From: Terriglobia bacterium
Lineage (GTDB): Bacteria > Acidobacteriota > Terriglobia > 20CM-2-55-15
Assembly (NCBI GenBank): GCA_965218585.1
Contig: CBDCLE010000023.1
Coordinates: forward strand, 1 to 64,000
DNA: 64,000 nucleotides
Direction of reading: 5' to 3'
The notes beneath the pieces are model-generated. The model was given only the letters and a program-made list of their open reading frames with translations. It had not been told where the DNA came from and did no database searches. Shown in pieces: positions 1 to 9,186 of this stretch; the stretch's first letter is position 1; the number at the start of each line of letters is the position of its first letter. The translations under genes were made by a program, and so were the position numbers.

Positions 1-107
1 GGGCTGTCTTATCGGCACGCGTGGCCAGGTTGTGTTCCAGAACCTCCACGCAGTTGTAGTCGAGGGGAAGATCGGACATCTTCATTATTTTCGCTGTCAT
101 GATATTG

Positions 108-909
108 CTATTCGTCGGAATGAAACTTTGCGGGACGTTTGTTTCGGATGGCGTCAACGCCCTCCAGCAAATCCTTGCCAAAGAAGCCCATCATTTCCAG
201 GGCCAGTGAATGATCGAAAATCGGAGCCGCCTGGAGCAACCATTGGTTGAGCGCGCGCTTCGTGAACCTGTTGGCGTCGGTGGGTCCAGTCGCAACCTTG
301 GTCGCCACTTCCATGGCTTTGTCGAGTAACTCATCGTCCGGCGTGCACAGACTGACTAAATTCATCCGTTCGGCTTCAGGTCCAGTTATGAAGTCGCACG
401 TCAACAGGTAGTATTTGGCTTTCGCCATGCCGCACAACAGGGGCCAGATAATGGCACCGTGATCGCCTGCCGCTACTCCGAGACGGGTGTGCCCGTCGGC
501 CAACCGCGCGCTTTCTCCCATGATGCTGATGTCCGATAGCAGGGCCACCACCACTCCCGCACCGACCGCTACACCGTTAACGGCTGAGATGATCGGCTTC
601 GAGCAGTGGAGCATGTTGTAGACGATGTTTCGCGCTTCGTCCAGAATCGCAACGATCTCCTCATAGTCGCCGTGGGACTCTTTGACGCGCTTCAGATCAC
701 CACCCGCGGAAAAGGCTCTCCCCCGCACCCGTGATCACCGCTACGCGTACTTCAGGATCGCGGTCTATCATCGGCCAGAGGTCCACAAAAGCCTGATGCA
801 TGGCAGCATCGGCCATGTTCAGTTTGTCGGGCTTGTTGAGTGTGATCCAGAGGATGCCGTTGTCCCGGCGTTCAAAGAGAATGTCTTTAAAAACAGAATA
901 ATCCATCAA
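108..909 (-). CDS. Crotonase/enoyl-CoA hydratase family protein (one apparent frameshift near 720)
   Basis: ORF 697..909 (ITLNKPDKLN...VAVITGAG) joins ORF 108..728 (RAFSAGGD...KPIISAVNGVAVGAG) if one G is removed from the G run at ~720-724. Confidence 0.9.
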
Positions 910-921
910 GATTTCCTTCTA

Positions 922-2607
922 TCAAACGACCTGGCTGGGGTTATACACGCCGTACACCTCACGGAGCGAGGCGCAGATCTCACCGATGGTGGCATAGGCT
1001 TTGACACTTTCGACCAACACAGGAATGAGATTATCCTTTGCTCGCGCAGCGTCGGTCAGGTCGTGGAGAGTTTGATTGAGTAGAGCGTCATCGCGTTTCT
1101 GCCGAAGTGCTTCGAGCTTCGTAATCTGTTTCCGCTGGGTCTCCGGATTGGCCTTGAAAACAGGAATCTCTTCCCTGCCTTCGCTCTGATACTCGTTGTG
1201 ACCCACAAGTATCCGTTCCTTGTTTTCGATCTGACGCTGGTAGCTGTACGCGGCATCGGACAGCGCACGATGGTAGTAGCCGTTCTCGATGCAATCGACA
1301 GCCCCACCCTGCGCGTCGATCTTTTCCAGATACTGATAAACCTCTGCCTCAATCGAATCGGTCAGCGACTCGATGGCGTAAGACCCTCCCAGGGCATCCG
1401 CCGTCCCCGTGATGCCCGACTCGTGCGCAACGATCTGCTGCGTTCGCAGGGCGATGGTCGCAGCCTCCTGGGTCGGAATGGCATAGGCTTCGTCATACGA
1501 GGAAGTCGCGATGGTCTGCACACCGCCCAACGCTGCCGCCAGGGTTTCGATAGCCACGCGGGCGATGTTGTTCAGTGGTTGCTGAGCGACGAGGTTGCCG
1601 CCCAGGGTGTAGGCAAAGATCTTGAGCTTCATCGTTTCGGGATTTCGTGCTCCGTAGCGCTCCCGCATAAGCTTGGCCCAGACTCGCCGACCCGCGCGGA
1701 ACTTGGCGACCTCTTCGAGGACGTCGATCCCGGCGGAGAGAAACGTCCATATCTGCCCGGCGAAATCGTCGATCTTGAGGCCGCGGGCGAGGACTTCATC
1801 CACATATGCCAGGCCGTTGGCGAACGTAAATGCCAGTTCCTGGGCCGCAGTGCTTCCGCTGTCGCGGATGTGATACCCACTCATCGCCAGAGGCGTCCAC
1901 GCAGGCAGATTGCGGCCGCAATACTCGATGACGTCGGACGACAGCTTGAGCCCGGCTTGGGGTGGAAAAATGTCAGTGCCCCGCGCGAAGTACTCCTTGA
2001 GCACGTCGTTTTGAAGGAACATACGGGTGTTGCTGATGTCGACGCCCTTCTTCTCGAACGCCGCGATATACATCGCGGCGATTATCGGACCGATCGAGTT
2101 CGCCGTAGTCCGGATCTGGCGTACTTTTTCGAGGGGAATGCCTTCAAAAAGCCGCTCCATATCGTCGAGGGAGCCGATATGAACTCCGGTGACACCCACC
2201 TCACCGGGAGCCCTCGGATCATCGGCGTTGTATCCAAGTTGAGTGGGGAGATCCAGGGCAATGGAAAAACCGGTCTGGCCTCTTTCGAGTAAGGCCCGGT
2301 AGCGCTCGTTGGCCTCTTCGGCCGAGCCGAAGCCGGAATACATGCCCATAACCCAGAAGTCGCCACGATACATCGTCGGGCTGACGCCACGGGTGTACGG
2401 GTAGGAACCGGGGTAACCCAGTTTTTCCTTCAGCGCTTCTGGAGCCGGGGAGCCGTTCGGCGACGAGTCCTCTGCGGTGTACGCCCGCTCCATCGACTTT
2501 CCGGAAATCGTCTTGAATTCGGTCTTCCGCTCGGGTTCAGCCTCGAGATGAGGCTCTACGATCCTGGATTCCCAATCGGCTTTGCTGTTTACATCCTGAT
2601 CAGACAT
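922..2607 (-). CDS. Methylmalonyl-CoA-mutase-family substrate-binding (large) subunit, divergent
   Basis: YPYTRG..TMY, GQTGFSIALDLPTQLG, QNDVLKEY.AR, SGYHIR and DEA motifs; no C-terminal DxHxxG B12 domain. Confidence 0.93.
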   Translation of the reverse strand: MSDQDVNSKADWESRIVEPHLEAEPERKTEFKTISGKSMERAYTAEDSSPNGSPAPEALKEKLGYPGSYPYTRGVSPTMYRGDFWVMGMYSGFGSAEEANERYRALLERGQTGFSIALDLPTQLGYNADDPRAPGEVGVTGVHIGSLDDMERLFEGIPLEKVRQIRTTANSIGPIIAAMYIAAFEKKGVDISNTRMFLQNDVLKEYFARGTDIFPPQAGLKLSSDVIEYCGRNLPAWTPLAMSGYHIRDSGSTAAQELAFTFANGLAYVDEVLARGLKIDDFAGQIWTFLSAGIDVLEEVAKFRAGRRVWAKLMRERYGARNPETMKLKIFAYTLGGNLVAQQPLNNIARVAIETLAAALGGVQTIATSSYDEAYAIPTQEAATIALRTQQIVAHESGITGTADALGGSYAIESLTDSIEAEVYQYLEKIDAQGGAVDCIENGYYHRALSDAAYSYQRQIENKERILVGHNEYQSEGREEIPVFKANPETQRKQITKLEALRQKRDDALLNQTLHDLTDAARAKDNLIPVLVESVKAYATIGEICASLREVYGVYNPSQVV

Positions 2608-2616
2608 TTCTCTTTC

Positions 2617-3837
2617 TCAGGCTGCTACCTTCACGATGACGGATTCGGCCTCACCGATGCCGCCACAGATGGTCACCAGGCCGTAGAACGGACGGTCCTC
2701 ATCGGAGGCCTGCTGACGTCGACGAAGTTCATGAATCAGCGTTGTGATCAGCCGGCCACCGGTAGCACCTGTCGGGTGACCAATGGCAATCGCGCCGCCG
2801 TTGACGTTGGTCTTGGCCCGGATCTCCTCGGCCTTTTCCTTATCGCGACCCGCCATGATCAGGGTTGAAACCAGAGGCACTGCGGCAAAAGCCTCGTTGA
2901 TCTCGATCAGGTCGATGTCGTCAATCGTCATGCCTGCCTTCTCCAGGGCAAGGCGGGCGCCTTCTGCTGGAATTGATGCAATCTTGTCGGGATGACCGGA
3001 GGCCATCGCCCACGCGACCAGGTTGGCCAACGGTTTCTTACCTCTCTTCTCCGCTTCTTCAGGCGACATCAACACCAGCGCAGAAGCGCCCGTGCTGAGC
3101 CCCGGAGCGTTCCCCGGAGTAACGGTTGGGCTGCCGTAAATTGTCCTGAGCTTGGCCAGTCTCTCAATCGTTGTGTCCGCCCTGGGAGATTCGTCGTCGG
3201 TAACGATGAGCGGATCACCCTTCCGTTGCGGCACTTCGATCGACATCAATTCGTCCTGGAAGTGGCAGGCTTCCTTGGCTTTGAAGTAATTCTGGTGACT
3301 CCGGAGCGCCCAGGCGTCCTGCTCCTCTCGGTTGACATCGAATTCGACGGCTTCTTCACCCGCCTGTAGTGCGCGGGGTCGGCCCGTCATGGGGCAGGCA
3401 ATGATCAACTGATCCTTCAGATTGATATCCCCCAGCCTGTTCCCCCAACGCAGATCGGTCAGGAAATAAGGAACCTTGCTCATGTTCTCAACGCCGCCGG
3501 CCAGCGTCACTTTGGCCTCTCCAAGCCGGATCGAACGGGAACCCATGTTGACGGCGGCCATCGACGAGCAGCAGGCCCGGTCCACCGTATAAGCCACCCG
3601 GTTGGGCGGGATGCCGGACTCGATCAGAACCTGGCGGGCGATCGAACGGTCCGCGCCCGGCAGGTTGACGCCCGTTGCGACCTCTTCGACGTCCTCCCCC
3701 TCGATACCGGCACGACGAATGGCTTCGGCCATGACCATGCCACCGAGCTGGGGCAAACTGAAATCTTTCAGAGCACCGCCGAACTTGCCGAACGGGCTGC
3801 GGACTGCGCTGATGACTGCAACTTCTTCCTGACTCAC
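2617..3837 (-). CDS. Thiolase (acetyl-CoA acyltransferase family)
   Basis: RSPFGKFGG, RACCSS (nucleophile Cys), EINEAF, NGGAIAIGHP, C-terminal TICGGIG. Confidence 0.93.
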   Translation of the reverse strand: MSQEEVAVISAVRSPFGKFGGALKDFSLPQLGGMVMAEAIRRAGIEGEDVEEVATGVNLPGADRSIARQVLIESGIPPNRVAYTVDRACCSSMAAVNMGSRSIRLGEAKVTLAGGVENMSKVPYFLTDLRWGNRLGDINLKDQLIIACPMTGRPRALQAGEEAVEFDVNREEQDAWALRSHQNYFKAKEACHFQDELMSIEVPQRKGDPLIVTDDESPRADTTIERLAKLRTIYGSPTVTPGNAPGLSTGASALVLMSPEEAEKRGKKPLANLVAWAMASGHPDKIASIPAEGARLALEKAGMTIDDIDLIEINEAFAAVPLVSTLIMAGRDKEKAEEIRAKTNVNGGAIAIGHPTGATGGRLITTLIHELRRRQQASDEDRPFYGLVTICGGIGEAESVIVKVAA

Positions 3838-3880
3838 GATAGTTCTCCTAGGTCGTTCGGATATCTTCCCGGCACAACCG

Positions 3881-5101
3881 CTAGATAATTGACTGCTGCT
3901 TCAACTCGTCCACCTGGTCCTCGGTGTAGCCCAGTTGCTCGGTCAGGATCTGGGCGTTGTGCTGGCCCAATTGCGGGGCAGCTTCGGTTCGAGGTTCCGG
4001 ATTCGCGGACAACTTGGCCACTGGGCCGACGAGCTTGACTGAACCCAGGATGGGATCCGGCACGTCGATCATCAGCTTCCGCGCATCAACGTGAGGGTCA
4101 TCATAAATGTCCTGAGCGTTCTGCACCGGACCCACGGGCAGGCCAGCGGCCAGCAACTTCTCTGTAGCTTCAGCTCGCGTCTGAGGGGCGAACCATCCGC
4201 TGATGATCTCGCCCAGCCAGCCGGACATGTTTCCTGCACGCTCGGGACCGGAAGTCGTTCCTTCATGCCCGACCAGATCGGGCCTCTCGATCGCCTCGCA
4301 GAACTTACCCCAATCCCGCTCGGTTGCAACGATCAGACCGACATATCCATCCTTGCACTCGAACGGCCCCCAGGGCGCCATGTACGGTTCGCGACCCCTT
4401 GAAAGAGTGGTTCCAGCCAGCGAATAAGCCGAAACCGAACGCTCAGCCAGACCGATGATCGTGTCGTACATCGCAACGTCGATGTACTGACCCTTGCCAG
4501 TGTCCTTGCGTTGGTAGAGTGCCAGCATGATGGCGTAAGCGGCATTCATCCCGGACACGATGTCCCCTAGTGCTGCGCCGAGCCACGTTGGGGGACCATC
4601 TGCCTGGCCGCAGGTGTGCATCATTCCACCCATCGCCTGGGCCACGATGTCGTATGCCGGTCGCTTGCTGTAGGGACCAAGGTAGCCGTCCAGGCTCCCG
4701 AAACCGGAAATGCACGTGTAAATGAGGCCGGGATTCAGCTCGGAAAGGGCTTTGTAGCCGATTCCCATGTCATCGAGCAGGCCGGGCCGGAAGTTTTCGA
4801 CAACGACATCCGACTTGCTGGCCAACTCGCGGAAGAGCTCTCGACCCTTATCGCTCTTGAGGTTGAGCGTCAGACTCTGCTTGTTGCGATTAAATCGGAG
4901 GAAGTAACCACTCTGGACATCGCCGTCGTCGTTCTTGAGTTTCGGCGCGCCACCCCGAGCAGTGTCACCGCCCTGGGGGCGTTCCACTTTGACAACGTTC
5001 GCACCTCGATCCGCCAACATCATGGTGCAATAGGGACCAGCCACCTGGATTTCAAAACTCAGTACTTTTATACCGTCAAGGGGTCTACTGGGACGACTCA
5101 C
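3881..5101 (-). CDS. Family III (CaiB/BaiF) CoA-transferase
   Basis: PLDGIKVL, AGPYCTMMLAD, KVERP.GGD, NRNKQS, DVVVENFRPG, SGFG..GPY, ALGD (catalytic Asp), APQLGQHN. Confidence 0.93.
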   Translation of the reverse strand: MSRPSRPLDGIKVLSFEIQVAGPYCTMMLADRGANVVKVERPQGGDTARGGAPKLKNDDGDVQSGYFLRFNRNKQSLTLNLKSDKGRELFRELASKSDVVVENFRPGLLDDMGIGYKALSELNPGLIYTCISGFGSLDGYLGPYSKRPAYDIVAQAMGGMMHTCGQADGPPTWLGAALGDIVSGMNAAYAIMLALYQRKDTGKGQYIDVAMYDTIIGLAERSVSAYSLAGTTLSRGREPYMAPWGPFECKDGYVGLIVATERDWGKFCEAIERPDLVGHEGTTSGPERAGNMSGWLGEIISGWFAPQTRAEATEKLLAAGLPVGPVQNAQDIYDDPHVDARKLMIDVPDPILGSVKLVGPVAKLSANPEPRTEAAPQLGQHNAQILTEQLGYTEDQVDELKQQSII

Positions 5102-5428
5102 TATTTCCTCCAGGATTGGGAGAGAAGGTCAAGAAGAGGTAAACAGAAGGAATCGACTTTATAATATTTCCCTCCGCAACGCAAGTCACGCACCTGTTTG
5201 AACTTCTGCCACTTTTGGCATCGGCCAGATGTCACTTTCCAATCAGAAATCGCTGCAGGTTAATGAAGAATTTTCACCGGCGGGAGCCAATCCTCATCAC
5301 GACTTTTTTGATTCCGAGGCTCCATAGTCCTTTATTATAGCTCTTTGAGTGCGGCTCTTGCCGAGGGTGGTGTCCTTCCTGATCGGCCTCAAGACGTTAA
5401 GCACTATTTTCCCGGAGATGGTCGAATT

Positions 5429-5830
5429 ATGACGAACGAGAAGATCCGCGTTGTCGTTGCCAAGCCAGGCCTCGACGGTCATGACCGCGGTGCCAAGGTG
5501 ATCGCCCGGGCCTTTCGTGATGCCGGCTTCGAGGTGATCTACACGGGACTGAGGCAGACACCTGAGCAAATTGTCAACGCTGCGCTGCAGGAAGACGCTG
5601 ATGTCATTGGAATTTCAGTCCTTTCGGGAGCACATATGACGCTTTGCCCCCGGATTACGGAACTCATGGCGAAGGAAGGTCTCGATGACGTCATGGTCGT
5701 GGTCGGCGGCATCATCCCGGATCAGGACATCGAGGAACTGAAAAAGTGTGGCGTGTCCGAAGTCTTTCAGCCCGGAGCCAACACGCAGGACATCGTGGTG
5801 TACGTGAAGGAGAACGTACGTCAGAAATGA
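5429..5830 (+). CDS. Stand-alone cobalamin-binding subunit of an acyl-CoA mutase
   Basis: [21 protein letters not shown] and VGGIIP motifs; ATG at 5429 with GGAG upstream. Confidence 0.93.
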   Translation: MTNEKIRVVVAKPGLDGHDRGAKVIARAFRDAGFEVIYTGLRQTPEQIVNAALQEDADVIGISVLSGAHMTLCPRITELMAKEGLDDVMVVVGGIIPDQDIEELKKCGVSEVFQPGANTQDIVVYVKENVRQK

Positions 5831-5908
5831 GAAGGACCGGATCACGTTATCTCCTTTCACCAGCCGCTCTTAACCCCGCGCTAGACTAGGTAACCCCAGA
5901 ATCTCTCA

Positions 5909-6562
5909 ATGCGCTATGCCCTGGTACCGGTGAAGGAATTGACCCAGGCGAAGGAGCGACTGGCTCCCCTCCTCTCGCCCGATGAGCGCCAGGCACTGGC
6001 AGCAGCCATGCTCAGTGACGTACTCTCGGTCCTGGAGCAGGTCCCCCGACTCGATCGCATCGCCATCGTGACGCGGGACGCCCACGCAATATCCCTGTCA
6101 GAAGAAAGGGGGTTCGAACTGGTCGATGAAGGTTCCGGAGAGGGATTGACCGAAGCTGTCGAATTGGCCGTCCAGGTCTGCATGGAGCGGGGTGCAAGTT
6201 CGCTTGCGGTCATTCCCGGCGATATCCCCTTGTTGCGGCCGGAAGACATCGATCGCGTCATAGAGCAGGGAACGGACCACGAAGTCGTCATCGTGCCGTC
6301 ATGGAACAGCCGCGGCACCAACACGGTTCTCCTGCGGCCTCCCGACGTTCTTGGTTTGCGCTTCGGCTCCTGGAGCTTCTATCCCCACGTCAAGCAAGCC
6401 AAGCGGGCCGGGCTCGCCTACAAGGTACTGCGCCTGCCGCGGATCGGGTCCGACGTTGACACACCGGAAGACCTGGCTCGCCTGATGCCCAGGGCCCAGG
6501 GAACGCGCACTTATGCGGCCCTCGAAGAAATGGAATTGCTGACCAGAATAGAGGCGATATAG
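5909..6562 (+). CDS. cofC: 2-phospho-L-lactate/PEP guanylyltransferase (F420 biosynthesis)
   Basis: LVPVK...AKERLAP.L, AMLSDVL, GDIP, GTN, DVDTPEDL; adjacent to cofE. Confidence 0.9.
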   Translation: MRYALVPVKELTQAKERLAPLLSPDERQALAAAMLSDVLSVLEQVPRLDRIAIVTRDAHAISLSEERGFELVDEGSGEGLTEAVELAVQVCMERGASSLAVIPGDIPLLRPEDIDRVIEQGTDHEVVIVPSWNSRGTNTVLLRPPDVLGLRFGSWSFYPHVKQAKRAGLAYKVLRLPRIGSDVDTPEDLARLMPRAQGTRTYAALEEMELLTRIEAI

Positions 6563-6571
6563 ACGGGCACG

Positions 6572-7324
6572 ATGTCATCGGAAATGCACATTATTGGATT
6601 GCAGGGACTACCGGACGTCGAACCGGGATTGGATCTGGGGGCGGCCATCACCGAAGCGGCCCAGGCTCAAAACCTTGTCCTGGCCGCTGACGACATACTG
6701 GTCGTCACACATAAGATCGTGTCGAAGGCTGAGGGCCGGTTAGTGGACCTGGGAACGGTCACGCCATCGCCTTTTGCCGAACAGATTGCCGAGTCATATG
6801 ACAAAGACCCGCGGGTGGTCGAGGTTGTTCTTAGCGAAAGCAGACGCATCGTGAAAATGGACCACGGGACGATTATCTCGGAGACACACCACGGTCTGGT
6901 GTGCGCCAACGCGGGTGTCGACGAGTCGAACCTCGCGGAGGAGACCGTGGCATTGCTGCCTGAAGACGCCGATCGGTCGGCAGACCAGCTCCGGGATTCT
7001 ATTGAAAGACATGCCCGGATTCGACCCGCCATCATCATCTCGGATACCTTCGGTCGCCCCTGGCGCGACGGGCTGGTAGATGTCGCTATCGGCGTTGCAG
7101 GCCTGGAACCGATGAAAGACTATCGCGACCAGGCGGATACCGAGGGTCGGATCATGAAAGTGACTGCTGTAGCCATTGCAGACGAATTAGCGGCGGCGGC
7201 GGAGTTGGTGATGGGAAAGCTGGACAGGGTTCCCGTGGCCGTTGTGCGGGGATATGCCTACGAACCGGGAGACGGAGGGGCTAGCAAGCTTATTCGACCA
7301 CCCGAAAAGGACCTGTTTCGATAG
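6572..7324 (+). CDS. cofE: Coenzyme F420-0:L-glutamate ligase
   Basis: KIVSKAEGR, CANAGVDESN, ISDTFGRPWR.G, ADELA.AA.LVMGK, DLFR end; no fused nitroreductase domain. Confidence 0.95.
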   Translation: MSSEMHIIGLQGLPDVEPGLDLGAAITEAAQAQNLVLAADDILVVTHKIVSKAEGRLVDLGTVTPSPFAEQIAESYDKDPRVVEVVLSESRRIVKMDHGTIISETHHGLVCANAGVDESNLAEETVALLPEDADRSADQLRDSIERHARIRPAIIISDTFGRPWRDGLVDVAIGVAGLEPMKDYRDQADTEGRIMKVTAVAIADELAAAAELVMGKLDRVPVAVVRGYAYEPGDGGASKLIRPPEKDLFR

Positions 7325-7362
7325 ATAGATCTGTTTTGAAAAGTTAGAAGGAGGAACCAGAA

Positions 7363-8016
7363 GTGAAGATCGCGATTTTGGGTGGAACCGGAGAACAGGG
7401 GCCTGGGCTGGCGCTGCGCTGGGCGAAGGCGGGAGAAGAAATCATCATCGGGTCACGCACCAGTGAGAAAGCTGAGAAAGTCGCTGCAGAATTGAATGCG
7501 GAACAACCGGGCGCCGGAATCATCGGGATGGCGAACGCCGAGGCGGCCGAAGCCGCCGAGATCGTCGTCCTGACAGTCCCCTATTCGGCACACCTGAAGA
7601 CCTTGGAAGGCGTCAAACAACAGGTCCAAGGCAAGATCTTCATCGACGTTTCCGTCCCCCTCGATCCTGACAACCCACGTCACATGAAGATGCCCGCGGC
7701 GGGTTCGGCTACCGAAGAAGCACAGGCGTTCCTGGGACCGGAAACGAAGGTCGTCGCAGCGTTCCAGAACGTCGCAGCTCACCTGTTACGCGACCCGAAC
7801 CACCCGATCGACTGCGATGTACTGATCTGTGGCGACGACAAGGAAGCACGTAAAACGGTCCGGGAACTGGTCGCCAAGATGGGCTTTAAGGTCCACGATG
7901 TGGGTACGGCCGACAGCGCACGCGTGGTCGAAGGCATGACTTCGATTCTGGTTCGCCTTAATATTCGAAACAAAGTGAAGGCCGGAGGAATCCGACTGAC
8001 AGGGCTCCCCGAATAG
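7363..8016 (+). CDS. npdG: NADPH-dependent F420 reductase (FNO)
   Basis: MKIAILGGTGEQG.GLALRWA, IGSR, VVAAFQNV, C-terminal GIRLTG. Confidence 0.93.
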   Translation: MKIAILGGTGEQGPGLALRWAKAGEEIIIGSRTSEKAEKVAAELNAEQPGAGIIGMANAEAAEAAEIVVLTVPYSAHLKTLEGVKQQVQGKIFIDVSVPLDPDNPRHMKMPAAGSATEEAQAFLGPETKVVAAFQNVAAHLLRDPNHPIDCDVLICGDDKEARKTVRELVAKMGFKVHDVGTADSARVVEGMTSILVRLNIRNKVKAGGIRLTGLPE

Positions 8017-8102
8017 GTCACGCTGGAAACGTGGGCTCGAGCGTGTGGGTAAGCCGGACGTGATGCCGAGGCGCTTTCCTTAGTTCTGCTTCCCCCAAGT
8101 TA

Positions 8103-8155
8103 ATTCGCATAATGCGATCATTCCCCTTGACGTATTCGCATAATGCGAATACCAT
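8103..8155 (+). promoter_or_regulatory. Sigma70-like promoter with two palindromic operators upstream of higBA
   Basis: TTGACG (8127)-17 bp-TACCAT (8150); perfect palindrome TATTCGCAT-A-ATGCGAATA at 8133-8151 covers the spacer; second copy TCGCATAATGCGA at 8105-8117. Confidence 0.75.
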
Positions 8156-8176
8156 AGGTGTGCATTCAGGAAACCG

Positions 8177-8464
8177 ATGCACATCGTTTCAATCAAAAGA
8201 CTGAAAGCGTTCTGGCAGAAAAATCCGGATGCCGAGACACCTCTAAGGGCATGGTACCGCGTCGCCAGGAACGCTCAGTGGAAGAATCTGGTTGAAGTTC
8301 GTAAGACCTACCCGCATGCGGATTCGGTGGACGGGTTCACGGTCTTCAACATCGGTGGCAACAAGTATCGGCTGATCGTCACCCTCCGTTACGAAAACGG
8401 CCGCATCTTCGTTCGTTACGTCTTGACCCATCCTGAATACGACAGGGGCAATTGGAAGAAGTAG
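8177..8464 (+). CDS. higB: HigB-family toxin (mRNA interferase)
   Basis: MHIVS...LKAFW, VFNIGGNKYRLI, LTHPEYD. Confidence 0.92.
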   Translation: MHIVSIKRLKAFWQKNPDAETPLRAWYRVARNAQWKNLVEVRKTYPHADSVDGFTVFNIGGNKYRLIVTLRYENGRIFVRYVLTHPEYDRGNWKK

Positions 8465-8490
8465 TCGGTGAAAGTTTAGGGGGAGCCGAA

Positions 8491-8964
8491 ATGAAGGGAA
8501 AAGGAAAAGCTGTATCCGAAAAGTACCTGGGATTGATCAGACGGTTTCCGCTTCGACCGATCCGGTCGGATCGAGATTTGAAGGCAGCGAGCAATCTGGT
8601 CGACGAGTTGCTCGACCGCAAGCTGACCAAATATGAAGACGCGTATGTTGAAGTGCTGAGCATTCTGATCGAACAGTACGAGTCGGTACGTCACGCGATC
8701 GCGCCGGTGTCGGACCGGGAAATGCTGGCACACCTGATTGAGGAACGAGGCCTAAGTCAGCGCCGGGTGGCCCTGGACGCAGGCATTGCCGTGTCAACAA
8801 TGTCCGAGTTGGTCTCGGGCAAGCGAGCAATCAACCGCACTCACATCGAGAAGCTTGCGCCGTACTTCAATGTTCGGCCGAGTGTCTTCCTCGAAGGAAC
8901 AAATGCTGCGCCTCGGAAGGCCTCGCGTGTTAAGGGCAAGGAAACCGTTGTAGCGACTGTGTGA
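8491..8964 (+). CDS. higA: HigA-family HTH antitoxin
   Basis: PIRSDRD, LSILIEQYE, Xre HTH (LSQRRVA...MSELVSGKRAIN); lies downstream of higB. Confidence 0.9.
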   Translation: MKGKGKAVSEKYLGLIRRFPLRPIRSDRDLKAASNLVDELLDRKLTKYEDAYVEVLSILIEQYESVRHAIAPVSDREMLAHLIEERGLSQRRVALDAGIAVSTMSELVSGKRAINRTHIEKLAPYFNVRPSVFLEGTNAAPRKASRVKGKETVVATV

Positions 8965-8970
8965 AGGGAG

Positions 8971-9023
8971 ATCGTCCTGAACTGGTTTGAAGAACTGACC
9001 GAGCGGGTGCCGGTTCCCTGATT
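8971..9023 (+). repeat. 53-bp dispersed direct repeat, copy 1
   Basis: ATCGTCCTGAACTGGTTTGAAGAACTGACCGAGCGGGTGCCGGTTCCCTGATT; 50/53 identical to 12178-12230. Confidence 0.85.
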
Positions 9024-9186
9024 TACGAGTTCGAGTTCTTTAGTTCATTTTCGCGGAAGTTGGGCATACATTTTCACTGCCTCCCAAACTCCCGCTTTGC
9101 TAAACTGCCCCGAGCGACATAGGTCGGTCGGCCCGGACCGGGTCGTTGATGGGTATAAAACCAAAAAACAAGGGAGACGCGTCGTG

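Noticed and set aside
108-909. Programmed frameshift in the crotonase gene
   Set aside because: One extra base in a G homopolymer with no slippery heptamer; sequencing error is more likely
1198-2292. Long antisense or alternate-frame ORFs (also 15902..16915, 23616..24668, 31678..32589, 54306..55190)
   Set aside because: Shadow ORFs of GC-rich genes with no recognisable motifs
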